From: Camelus ferus
Taxonomy: Eukaryota
DNA length: 64,000 bases
Direction: 5' to 3'
Assembly (NCBI RefSeq): GCF_009834535.1
Contig: NC_045697.1
Span: 81,470,001-81,534,000 of the forward strand
The notes beneath the pieces were generated by a model. That model made no database searches and was not told the DNA's origin. It saw only the letters and a list, made by a program, of their open reading frames with translations. Shown piece by piece: positions 14,131 to 26,620 of this stretch (position 1 is the stretch's first letter; every line of letters begins with the position of its first letter). Both the position numbers and the translations under genes were made by a program.

Positions 14131-15170
14131 GTCTTTGTAGGCAAGTTAGCCTTTGCATTCCTGTACTTAAATCTGCAAATTAAGACTGTTTTGAAACCCT
14201 ATAGTGTCCTTCTTTCCATTAGAAATATGCCTGAAGGCTGCCAAGTGATTGGAACATCCAATATGCCTAATAAATAATAGATGTTGCTATTGACTATGGT
14301 TAATGTGGATTTAGTCCTCCTTCAGGATATGGAAAAACATTCAATTATTAATTTTAAAATGACATTCAAGGAATAAAGACTTTTAGGTTTAATCAGTGAA
14401 TCTTAGAAGATCTGTTGTTAAGAGATTGTATTGTTCTCTAATACGTTTTTCTGTATTTGTCTCAAATAACTCCTTGTATTATTTTCTGATTTATAAATTT
14501 GGGATCTCCTAATGGCTAGGTCTTTCATGTCCCTTGAAATGATATCTTTTAAATTTAGGATTTCACTCATTATATGCATTTAAATGTTTTATATTTATAT
14601 TGGGCATCTTTGCATTTTGTATTGTGAGAACATTTAATGGCTTCTTTCTCAGCTAGGTATTTTGACATAAATAGAAAGTTTACAATTTACTCCTATTTGT
14701 GACTCTGCAGTTTGATCTAGTACCCTACATTTTAGATATTTTCCTATATACAAATAAGAATCAATTTGTATATTAAGCTTAAACTGTGTGACTGGAAAAA
14801 CATTTATTTTGTAATACTGTATATTTTTAAAATGAAGTTAAAAGCTGTACAACAACCACAACTAACACTTTGCAACTTCCAGGCTTAAGTACCTCTGCTG
14901 TCTTCACATTGTACCTACAAAGCATTCCTCATGATTGTCAATACTCTTGCTGTCAATACTCTCCCAGTATTCCTTGTATTTCCAGGTTCATTTATTACTA
15001 ACTTTTTGCACTTTGCAGCAAAACAGCAATGACATCTATTCTCTAAGCTGGCCTGCTTTCCCCAGCCTGTGACACAGCTCACAGTACCCGTTCCTCCATT
15101 GTCCCCATGCCAAAAGCAAGTTCCTCTTTTTCGTCATAATAACAATTTCCACATTGCACTCTTCCAGGCA

Positions 15171-15478
15171 CTGCTTAAACAACATTTATTTCTGACATTT
15201 CTGGAGTCTGGGAAGTTTAAGATCTCACCAGACAGATTTGGTTTCTGGTAAGAGTCCAGTTCCTGGTTCATAGATGGCCAATCTCATTGTGTCCTCACAG
15301 GACAGAAAGAACAAGAGAGCTGTTTGAGGTCTCTTTTAAAGCACATGAATCCATGAAAAGGACATCTGCTCTCATGACCTAATCACCTCCCAAGGGCCAT
15401 ACCTCCTAATACTATCATACTGGGGGTTAGAATCTCAATATATCAGTTCTAAAGGGACACAAACATTCAGTTCATAAT
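15171..15478 (-). mobile_element. MLT1A-type MaLR solo LTR
   Basis: cttaaacaacatttattt..ctgggaagt..aagat..ctcatgacctaatcacctcccaagg..cctcctaatac..gggggttag..gggacacaaacattcag. Confidence 0.85.
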
Positions 15479-17369
15479 GATGGCAGGACTAAAACACATA
15501 TCCAAACAATAAGCCTCCAAAGTCTATAGTCTTAACTGCTACCCTTCACTAACTACCAGATTCAGTTTAAGAATAATCTTTTTAGGAAGTGTCCTAACTC
15601 TTTAGGGCCCAAAATACTTTTCCGTTCAGTGCAGTGTTTATAGCCTTAAATTTCTTTTTTTGGCTCTTATAATAATTGAATTTTATTATAATAACTTGTG
15701 TATGTGAAATAAATCAGTCAAGCATTATTTACCTCTTTAATAATCAATTATCAGCAACATTAAAAATTTGAAGGACCTTCTTGGAACCCTTCATACCCAC
15801 CTTTTACCTCATTAATTTTTCTAAATAAAAAAGCTTTATAAAAGCTTCCTAAATAAAACAGAATATAAAATAAATGATGAAACCATGCTTAAAAAGCATT
15901 ATTAAGTAAAAAGTCTCAAAATTGTATATTTCTCTTATCATGAGAGAGTCAGTAATAAATTACAAAATCAGGACAGAAATATTTCCTTGACTTTAATGAA
16001 AATTGCAATTTTGACCAAAATCACATGTAGATATATTTTTTATATTTGTTTATTTCTTCTGTATCTTTATCTGTATTCTTTACATCGTAGGTATTGAGTA
16101 CATATTTTCCAAAATTCTTCTGAACTCTAGAAAATAGGACAGCCTGCTTCTCTAGATTTCCCAGACACTCAATAATTTTTCCCCCCTGCTTTAAGACAGA
16201 ATCAGTCTGCATTTCTTGACATTACCAAAACTGATAAAAGAGATTTAAGTGCCAGGAATAGTTGCTGGTTGCAGACAGATTTTTTTTTTTTTAATGTGGT
16301 AATATAATACTGATTATCTGGTCCCAGTTGGAGCTGAGAGCAATTAAAAATTCAGCAGACATCACATAATTAGAATTTGGCAGCATACAGCATGCAGTAG
16401 TAAAACAACTAATTAAATAATAATATGTGATCATCTGGAATTGAAGGGCACATTAAGGAAGACTTTGAAAACTCAAGTAGACATTGGTTAAAACTAATAA
16501 ACAATAAAACATCAACATAACACAACTGTTTTAGAGGAGGAACTATGAGGATTAGGGGTAGAATGGATGTCTCTAATATTTATAGATAACAAGGAGAAAG
16601 AGAAAGACAAGCTCAAACACCTACAATTTAATCTCAAGGCTGACTGAATCCCTGCACTTCCTATTAATTCTTTAAATTCATACAGCCATAGGGCCCCAGC
16701 CAAAAACCATATGCAAATTCTGAACTGGTTGTTACAAATTGGCCAATTGTAATTGTTAGTAGGATTTACTGTCTCATAAGGTTTTAAAAATGAAATTGAG
16801 GATACTTAAAAAGACAGAGGGGGATATTAAAAATTGGAAGGGGGCTCCCAGTAATTCATCTCCTAAAACCCATGGCGGGTTACCACCTGACAGCCTGGTT
16901 TCTTATTATTCAGGAATGGTTTCTTGCATTCCTTGAAGTTTGTGTAATAACTTAATGTAAGCAAATTGCATGTGAGGGGAAGCCAATTTTCCTTCTTGCA
17001 AAAATCTCCCTTTCTAAACTTCCTCTTCCAACGCTGCTCATTGCCTCTGTTAACACAACTGGAGTCAGGATTTCAGCACTCTGATGGGCAAAGTATAAAG
17101 TCAAGAGCAAAAGTAGAAGACTTGCCTCACTAAAGAATTGTAAGACCTTTCTCTTTTGTATACACAAAATCTGAACAAATATATGTGGGAATGGATTTTG
17201 GAAGTATAGACAAAGGAAAGAAGAACAAAATTTTAGATGGAGATAAGTCCATAGATATTGCTGGACTCACCTGCCATTCTGTATTCAAATATACTAACAC
17301 ATTATTAACATAAAATAATGATAACCATTACAGCTAACATTTATTGAATATTTCTGTAGGGCATTTTTA

Positions 17370-17920
17370 AAAATTGTTTTTATTTTAGATGCTGTAAAAT
17401 TCACCTATTTTGGTATATGGTTCATTTATCTTTGACAAATGCAGAATCACGTAAATACCACCACACTCGAGACAGATCAATTTTAATACCCTCCAAAAGT
17501 CCCTCATGATTACCCTTTGTAGTCAATCCACACCCTCACTCTTAACCCATAAAAACTACCCAATGGTTCAAGGTTTTGCCTTTTCAAATGTCAGATAAAT
17601 GTAATCATACAATATGCAACCTCTTGAGTCTGGGTTCTTTCACTTAGCATAATAAATTATGTTGTTGCTTCTGCCAATATTGAGTTCCTTTTTATTCTGA
17701 GTAGTATTCCATCATATTAATTACCAATTAAAAATATCTTCACTATTTGAACGACATATGAATTCTTTCCAGGTTATAGCAGTTATGAATAAAGCTACAA
17801 ACACAGTTTCATGCAGGTTTCTGTAAACTTTTTTTTCTCTTAGTTAAACAATTAAGAGTGGAATTTCAACATGAAGTTGTAAATATGTGCTTAAGCAACT
17901 GTAGAACTTTTTTCCAGTTA
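17370..17920 (-). mobile_element. L1MC/MD/ME-type LINE 3' UTR and ORF2 end
   Basis: Antisense L1 motifs aaaattcacc..tttgacaaatg..ttttgccttt..ttctttcacttagcataat..gagtagtattccat..atgaataaagct. Confidence 0.8.
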
Positions 17921-19254
17921 AGGTAATTGCTGATATGGTTGGACTTAAGTATTTATTTTTATTATTTATTTGCTATTTGCCTCTCTTTTTTTCCCTCCTC
18001 TACTCCACACTTTTTTGTCATGTTTAGGTTATTTAATTTTTACTTGGTATTCCATTTTAATTTATCTCTTGGATTTTAAGCTCTATCTCCGTATTTTTCT
18101 TTTGTGTGTGATTGCATAGATTGTTCAATCTAACCCTTCACTGTCTACCTACAGATTATATTTACCACTTCAAATAAAATATATAAACTTTAAAACCATA
18201 TCAGCCCCTTACCCTCCCCTCAGTATGCTATAGTTGACATATGCACTACATCTACATACACTGAAAATATCCCTAGATAATTTTACAATTTTGTTTCATG
18301 AGTAATATATAGTAAAAAAAATTGAGAGTAGAAAAATAGTATTTACTTAAATATTTGCCATTTCTATTGCTTTTCATCCTGAAGTTTCAATTTTCCTTCT
18401 GATCATTTCTCTTTAGCCTGAAGAATTTAGATTCATATTTCTTTCAGCGCAAGTCTGCTGTTGACAAATTCTCCTCATTTTTATGCCTCTGAAAATGTCC
18501 TTTTTTTTCACCCCTTCATGCCTGAAGGATATAAAATTCTTGGTTGCTACTTATTTTCTAACTAGTTAAAATACCATTACACTTCATAGTTTCTAACAGG
18601 AAACTGTAATCATTCTAACACTTGCTCCTCTATGTGAACTGTATCATTTATTTTTCTGACTGCTTTCATTTTTCCCCCTTATTTTTGATTTTCAGCAGTT
18701 TGTTTATGATGTATCTGGGTGTAGTTTTATTTGAATTTATTGTGTTTGGAATTTTCTGATTTTCAAATGTATATTTTTTCCCAAATTTGGAAATTTTTGA
18801 GTCATTATCTCTTCAAATATTTTTCTCCACCAATATCCTTTATCTCTCCTGCTGGGATCCTGATCATGCAAATATTAGCTCTTTTTGATATTATTCCACA
18901 ATCCAGTTCTGATGTTTTATTTTTCTTCCTTTTTGTTTTTCCATTTATTTTCTTCTCTCTATTCCTGATTGGAAAATTTATATTCATGTGTCTTTAACCA
19001 TTGTTTTCCTCTGTCATCTCTATTCTATTGGCTGAATAACCTATCCAAAAAATTTATTATTCTTGATAGTATATTTTTCAGTTCAGAAATTTCCGTCATT
19101 TTTTTTTAAGTTTCTACTTTTCTGTTGAGAACTCTTATCTTTCCATTCATTCCAAGAATGTTTACATTTATCTCATGTTATTTGATTATGATCTACTTTA
19201 TAGTCCTCATTATCATAGGATTGCCATCTGTTGATTGTATTTTTGCTAGAGAAT
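17921..19254 (-). mobile_element. old L1M ORF1/inter-ORF fragment
   Basis: T-rich antisense L1 motifs tctttagcctgaagaa, ctgaaaatgtc, ccaaatttggaaattttt.agtcattatctcttcaaatattttttct; resumes briefly after the LTR (~19917-19980). Confidence 0.7.
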
Positions 19255-19916
19255 TGTCAAGAGCTGAATTGGAGAGGGCTGAGCTACTGGGTATCTAAGA
19301 GGTCAATTAAAACAACAAGCAAAATAAAGGTATCAGTCAAGCTTTTAATCACTTACTGCGATGCTAAACAAGAGGCCAAACAGAAAAAAGAACTGGCTCC
19401 CTCAGGGTCCCATTTTCCCCCAGGAGCAGCACTGGGTGAGGGTCATGTGGACCAGCTAAGACCTCGGATTCCTTCCCTGCTGAGGGAGTCCGAAACAAAG
19501 GCTTATGCCATTTATGGACCTGAGAGAAGGAAGAGAAGGGCCGGAAGTGGAAAAGTACTGAATCAGAGATAAGAAGATATTTTCATAGCGTCTACTTTCC
19601 CTCCTGATAAGATCTTAGCAGAGGCAATGGGCATAAGCCTTGGCTCAAGACCTCCTTACCTCCAATACACTCATAAGGAGGACTCAAAATGGAGGCACCT
19701 GGGTTCAGAATGCAGCTACGTAAAAGGCCATGGATGGTAAGCTCCTCAGCCCTTGATTGCAACTCCATTCAGAGACTTCAGTGCACTCCCTATGTACAAA
19801 GTCTGGTATATGGAGGGTGGTTTTCCCCCGTAAGGCCTTCCAGGTAAAGCCTTTGTAATTGACTAGGGTTGGGCTTGAAAAATCACACAGGATTTGGCCT
19901 TGATCCAGACTCTTCA
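19255..19916 (-). mobile_element. ERVL-class solo LTR (MER54/MER73/MER74-like)
   Basis: GC-richer ~660 bp block bounded by TG..CA. The minus strand begins tgaagagtctggatcaaggcc..tttacctggaaggccttacgggggaaaaccaccc and has a TATA-like cataaa (~19512) and an ATTAAA poly(A) signal (~19345). No clean TSD. Confidence 0.65.
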
Positions 19917-20300
19917 ATTTTCCTCTGTGTGTAGTAGTTTATAATGTGTCTCTGATACTACTGATTGACTAGAGGTAATTGATGCTTTATTGTGCTTTTG
20001 TTTTGCAGGCTTCCCAGATACAAAACCTTTCTTTTGCTGCACAAAGTCCTAGTGGACAGAACTGCTCTAAAGGCTGTTTGCTTTAATGGTTGACTGAAAC
20101 TTTGATTCAACAGTGACATAATGGTGATGGGCCTAAAGTTCCAGATATTGCTTGGTATGATATAGAGGAAAAAAATTGCAAATGTAAGGAAATATGGGTG
20201 TGGGAGTAAGTTTAATATGTACAGTCTTTTTCAAGGACCTTAAGTTTTCTTCAATAGATCTACAGAATTATCTTTATCAGGGATTGAGAATATATTTGTA

Positions 20301-23155
20301 AAAATGAATCCCAGCTCAGATGGAATCACTGGTGAATTCTACCAAACATTTAAGGAAGAAATCATACAAATTCTCTAAAATATCTTTCAGAAGACAGAAG
20401 TGGAGGGAATACTTCCTAACTCATCTATGAGGTCAGAATTACCCTAACACACATACATACAAACAGGCAAAAACATTGCAAGGAAATAAAATTACAAACC
20501 AACATCTCTATTGAACATAGATGCAAAAAATTTCAACAAAATGGTTTCAAAACAAGTATAAAATGCAAAATAAGTATAAAATGCAAACAAGTATAAAAAG
20601 AATATATACCACATCATGTGGGATTTATCCCAGGTATGCAAGGCAGATTCAATATGTGAAAATCAATTCAAGCAATTTATCACATCTACAGGCTAAAGAA
20701 GAAAATCTGATGATCATATTAATAGATGCAGAAAAATCATATAACAAAATTCAACACCAATTCATGATAAACCCTCAGTAAACCAGGAATAGATGGGAAC
20801 TTCCTTAATTTAGTAAATATTTAAAATAAAACTATAGCTGGTGTCTACTTGAAGGGGAGAAACTAGATGCTTTCAAGATCAGGAACAAGGTGAGGATGCC
20901 TCCTTTCATCACTCTTTTTCAACATTGTACAAGAAGTCTTAACAAATGCAATAAAACAAGAAAAGGATAACAAATAAACATTTGGGGAGGTAATAAATAA
21001 AACTATTTTTGTTCACACATGATAGGATCACATGTGTAGAAAATCTGAAAGAATCAACAGAAAAATTCTGGAACTCAAAACCAATTATACTAATGTTGCA
21101 GGATACAAGGTCAATAACAAAAGTCAATCCCTTTCCTATATATCAGCAATGAAAACGAGGATCTGAAATTAAAAACTCTTTACTATTTACATTAGCATTC
21201 CCAATACTATTTACATTAGCATTCCCCAAAATAGAAATACTTAGATATAATTTTAACAAAGTATGCACAAGATCTACATGACAAAAACTATAAAATTCCG
21301 AGGAACAGAATCAAAGAAGAACTAAATAAATAGGTATTTCATGTTCATGGATAGAAAGATTGTCAAGATTTAAGTTTTTCCACTTGATCTCTGGATTCAG
21401 CGAATCCCAATTAAAATCCTAGCACATTATTTTAATAATACTGACAAACTGATTCTAAAGTTTATCTGGAGAGGCGATAGACCCAGAACAGTCAACACAA
21501 TATTGAAAGAGGAAGAATAAAGTCAAAACTCTGACACTACCCAACTTCAAGATGCACTATAAGGTTATAGTAATTAAGACAGTATAGTATTGGCAAAAAA
21601 AAAAAAAAAAAAAAGTGCAATGGAAAGAATAGAAAGTCCAGTAATATACTCACATAAATACAGTCCACTGATCTTTGGCAAAGGAGGAAAGGCAATATGA
21701 TGTAGCAAAGGTGATCTATTCCATATATGAAGTTGTAATACTGGATCCCCACATGCCAAAAAAAAAAAAAAAAAGAAAAAGAATTAGAAACAGATCTAAT
21801 ATGTTTCACAAAAATTAGATCAAAATGGATCATAAATCTAAATGTAAGATGCAAATCTACAAACCTCTAGTAGGTAACATAGAAAACCTACATGACCTTG
21901 AGTAATGGCATTTACTTTTCAGATACAATATCAGAAGCACTATCTATGAAACAAACAATTGATAATCTGTTCTTAATTTAGATTAAAAAACTTCTTCTCT
22001 GCTAAAGACACTGTCAAGAGCATAAGAAGACAAGCCACAGACTGGGAGAAAATATTTGCAAGGCACACATCTGATAAAGGACTCTTATCCAAAGAACTAT
22101 AATCCAATGAACTCTTAAAATTCAAAAATAAAGAAAAAGAAACAGCCTATTTAAAAATGGGCAAAGGACCTGAACAGACATCTCACCAAAGAGGGTATAC
22201 AAATGACACACTCATATAAAGATATAAAAAGCTCATATAAAAAGATGCCCAGCATTGTATGTTATTAGGTAATTGAAAATTAAAATAGCAATGAGATAAC
22301 CACTAAACACCTATTTTTAGAATAGCCAAAATCCAAAATACTGACAAAAACAAATTCTGCAGAGAATGTGGAGCAACAGGAACTCTCATCCATTACTGAT
22401 GGGAATGCAAAATGGTACAGCCTCTTTGGAAAGCAGTTCGGTGGCTTCTTACAAAACTATACATACTCTTAACATATGATCCAGCAAAAGCACTCCTTGG
22501 TATTTGCCTAAAAAGGCTGAAACATGTCCACATAAAAACCTGCCTATGGATGTTTATAGCAGCTTCACTCATAATTGCAACAATTTGGAAGAAACCAAGA
22601 TGACTTTCAGTAGATGAATGAATAAATAAACCATTGTAAATCCAAACAATGAAATATTATTCAGTGTTAAAAGAAATGATCAAGCAGTGAAAAGACGTCT
22701 AGGAAGCTCAAAGATATATTACTAAGTGAAAGAAGCCAACATGAAAAGGATACATACTGTATGATCCCAACTATATGACATTCTGGAAATGGCAAATGAT
22801 CAGTGGCTGTCAGTGATTGGGAAGACAGGAGGATGAATAGAGCACAGAGGACTTTAAGTGCAGTGAAACTACTCTATAAAATGCTACAGTGGTGGATACA
22901 TGTCATCATACATTTGTCAAAACCTACAGAATGTACTACACCAAGAGTGAACCATAATACAAACTATGGAGTTTGAGTGTTAATGATGTGTCAATGTAGG
23001 TTCATCACTGGTAACATGTACCACTGTGATTCTACACGGCAGTAGTGGGGAAGGTTGTGCATGTATGGGAGTAGAGGATATATGCAAACTCTACATACAT
23101 TCCAATAAATTTTGCTGTAAACCTAAAACTACTCTAAAAATAAAGTCTATTTAAA
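20301..23155 (+). mobile_element. 5'-truncated L1MC1-like LINE (ORF2 RT/C-terminal part plus 3' UTR)
   Basis: cagatggaatcactggtgaattctaccaaacatttaaggaagaa (PDG.TGEFYQTFKEE), IDAEK motif in ORF 20521, 3' UTR ggtggatacatgtcatcatacatttgtc..ccaagagtgaacc..aataaagtctattt. Confidence 0.92.
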
Positions 23156-24294
23156 GCATTTAAAAATTCTTAGAAAGGATCTCCAGATTATTTGAAAAGT
23201 TTGTTATTGGATGGTCCCTGTAGCCTGGAGGTATTGGTGAGACATGTGTCACATAATATTGGCTCCTAGGATCCTAGGATGGCAAAGGCCAAAACAAATA
23301 CTTAAGAAGATGCAGTAACAAGGTGGACATGGTTATCATAAAGATACTTCGTCTGACATGTTAACCAGCCAATATCAAGACCTAAGCTAGTAAACATACC
23401 CTAGGAAACCTTTAATGAAGAAAAATCTAGGTACAATTAGGGAAAGATCCTGCAACAACATTGTTAGACTTTTTGTGAATATTTCTTTTTATTGGGAATA
23501 ATTACCAGGCTACCTTTGTACTGAAGAAACCAAAATATCCAGATGTTTCCAGAATTATGAGAGATTAACACTAATTCTTGCAGAATGAGAAATACCCTTT
23601 ACTCTTCATTGTGATGGCTTATCTAGGACAGTTATTAAAAGGGGTTTTGACACAAGCCTGACTCCAAGTAATCCCCATTAGACCCTATAATAACTTCAGT
23701 TGTATTTCCAAAGTTCCTAAGTTGAGTAGTATAGTTAGAAAATATATTTTTAGGTAGAATTATTCCATCTGTTTTCTTACTCTGTAAGTACCATTATTAT
23801 AGGATAAGCCAAAATCTATCATAAATTTGAAAAATACTTGTAAAATAAACTATTTACAGAATATGAGAGTGTTTATTCCTATTGTACCCCACAGATGCCT
23901 CTTTCCAATATGTTGAAATCTTCTGAAAAAGGTCCAAAAGGACAATTAGAGTAGAAAATATTTCCAGCAGGCAAAACTTCAAGGAGTACCTTTTGTTTCC
24001 TCTTTGCTTAGAAGATCAGGTCTGAGAAAAGCATATACATTTATTTACAAGCTGTCATTTTTTTCTCTTTTGTTAGATGATTACGGACTTTGAAGAAGCA
24101 ATATTTAAGGATTGGTGTCAAGATTTTGGGGGAAAGGCATTTTAATAGTTTATAGCACAAAAATATAGGTGCCCTATGAGTTATCATTAAAATGCTTATT
24201 TGCTGAAAAGATTCTTAGAAATCACCCAGACAAATTTACAGATGCTGAATTCAATGCTATCTCCTGTCTCCTGCCATGCTTGTTCAATGGGTAT

Positions 24295-24555
24295 ATTCAC
24301 TCATTCAGCCAAAATTAAAATTAGTTGGGAGCTTCAATGTGCCAGACACTATTTTAGGTTCAAGGAATATAGAAGTAAACAAATCAGGCAAATTCCTTGA
24401 CTTAATCTAGTAAATTAAATAGACAAGGTAAATAAATAATATTATTTCAGATAATGCTATGTGCAGAGCAAAAGGATGGAGATTAAATGGGACAGGTGAT
24501 GTTTTAGCTAGAACAGTCAGTAAGGACTCTGAGCAGAGATCATACTTTTGGAGAT
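24295..24555 (-). mobile_element. L2 LINE 3' fragment nested in the ERVL
   Basis: ttcactcattc..atgtgccagacactattttagg..aatatagaagtaaacaa antisense L2 end. Confidence 0.7.
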
Positions 24556-25994
24556 TTAATGGCAGGATGGAAGTTATTACAGGACTTCAATAACATGTTT
24601 CTCTTCTCATATGGAGTTCCTCTTTTCATATGAACCAATTTCCTTCCAGTGGAAACCAGCCATGAACCAAATATGGTAATCAACGCATCATGCGACCAGC
24701 CTGCTCCTTAGAGCAGTTGATTATGCCGGAACCCTTTCTGTTATGAAGGGGGGAGTGATATTTCTCAGGAAAACATGCATTTGTTCTGAATTTCTTCTTG
24801 CTTTCCATGCTTGCCTTTCTTTCTTGCACAATTATTGAAGACTTTTGTGGTTATTTTGAATGCCTTTGGTTATATCATGGTAGCTTACCTACACTGCTTC
24901 ACATTCAGGAACTTATTTGAGAGCAAATGGAGGAATTGTTCAAGAGATTTGCTGGTGTTACTATATATAATCTACTACCCCAAAGCACCTAGCCTTAAAG
25001 AATAAGGGATGCCAACATTAAGCAAGTGAGCATTCAAAATATACTCAGGTTAGTGATCTGGAGACGGGATGATTTTTCCCAATGCCAATACACTTATATC
25101 TTGTCTCCAAGATGCCAAAATGGGACAGACCACTTGGTTATTGTAGTTAATCATCTGTTTTTAAAATAAACAGGAAGTTGTAGTGTTTGCTGGAGGACAA
25201 GAAGGAAGGAAGGAACAGGAATGTGGACCTAGAGTACATCCTTCATTAACAAACACACTGGCATACAGTTAAGGAAATCCTAACTCTATATGGAGGGCCA
25301 TTTGGGTATTGTCTGTACAGTTTAAGACCACCAATATAACTTCATGTGCAGGCCACCAATATCTTAGATCCCAAGAGACAAAGTTTTAGGTTATTCAGGA
25401 TTAAAAAAATATTGCAGTAAAGCAATAGTTGAAGATAAAGACAAAGAAGGAAAGAATAACAGAGTGGAATCCTATATGTCAGCCATGCTCCAGTACTAGT
25501 TAGAGAAGTGAAGTGAGAACTGAGAATTGTGTCCTATACTAGCATCTCTTTCCTATTGTATTGCATACATATTGATATCATATACACACATATAGCACAT
25601 ACAACACCTGTTGTATTAACACATATATTATATAGGTGGATGTAATAGGTATACACAGGTGTAATACATATATAAATAGGTATTATATATATTATTCTGA
25701 TGTATATTTTGTTTTATATAATGATATAACATATATTATATCATATTATATGTTATATCAATTTATCTGTGTAGGAAAATTTATTGGTTTTTTTTTCTGG
25801 CTTCATTTCTGAGTCTACAGAACTAAAGAAAGAATGGCCATCACCCAGATATATTTAGCTTTGAGATAAATGTGGAATTAATGAGTCTTGAAATGTACTT
25901 TGTATTGCTTGAGGATAATCGGATTACAATAGTCAGAACATAGTTGGGGAGAGTGAAAAGAGGGAGAAAGGTTTATATTGACATGGTGAAGCGA

Positions 25995-26620
25995 AATTTT
26001 GAATTACTTAGGACTTTTTTTTCTTTTTTCTTTTCTGGCTTCCCAACATATGACCCTTTTTCTTTGGGGAATTATCTACACATATGAATATAGGGTTTAA
26101 TTCCAATTATATGAAACCAAAAAAGAATAGATATTCACTGCCCTAGTTGCCCTTTCAACTACAACACATACACACAAAAAAAATGCCTTAGCTTCCAAGG
26201 CCCTTACCTCTGACTAGTATGCAGGATTTCATGATGTAAAGAAGCAGAACCAAGGATTAATGTATTTGGAGCCATTAGTGGAAGCAGCAACATGTAGTTT
26301 TCATGGGAGACAGTAGCATTATTGCTAAGGGTCGCATCCAATGTCCATTTGAAACTGTATCCATGGTGCAAGGTGTTGTGCTATCTGGTGTTGAGGGTTA
26401 GTAGCAGCTGGTACCTTCACCAGACCGGAGAATGATAACTGGCCAATAGCTCTGGCTGGCCAGCTTTCTTTTCCTCCTGCTGACTTTCTGAGCCTGTTTC
26501 TCCCTCCTTCCAGATTTTCAGTGAACTGTCAAAATTAACATGAAAAAATTAGTTTCTGTGTAATTCAGAGTCAGACTATATTGATCACAAATAGGCAACA
26601 AACATGACTAGCATGTACAC
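25995..26620 (+). mobile_element. LTR33-like ERVL LTR (3' LTR of the provirus above)
   Basis: Follows a purine-rich PPT-like tract; the 3' end ctgactttctgagcctg..ctccttcc.gattttcagtgaact..tttctg..cagagtc..tgact..taca resembles LTR33/LTR16 ends. Confidence 0.6.

Larger units (their letters stand above)
20040..25990 (+). mobile_element. degraded ERVL endogenous retrovirus internal region (gag, pro, RNase H, integrase and dUTPase-region remnants)
   Basis: Colinear decayed similarity to ERVL: gag ~20080-20300 and ~23170-23450; protease ~23500-23810; RNase H ~23920-24290; integrase ~24560-25010; dUTPase/3' region ~25190-25550. Many stops and frameshifts. Confidence 0.7.

Noticed and set aside
19231..19572. 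113-aa ORF with a basic C-terminus
   Set aside because: It spans an L1/LTR junction antisense to the LTR, starts at TTG and has no recognisable domain.
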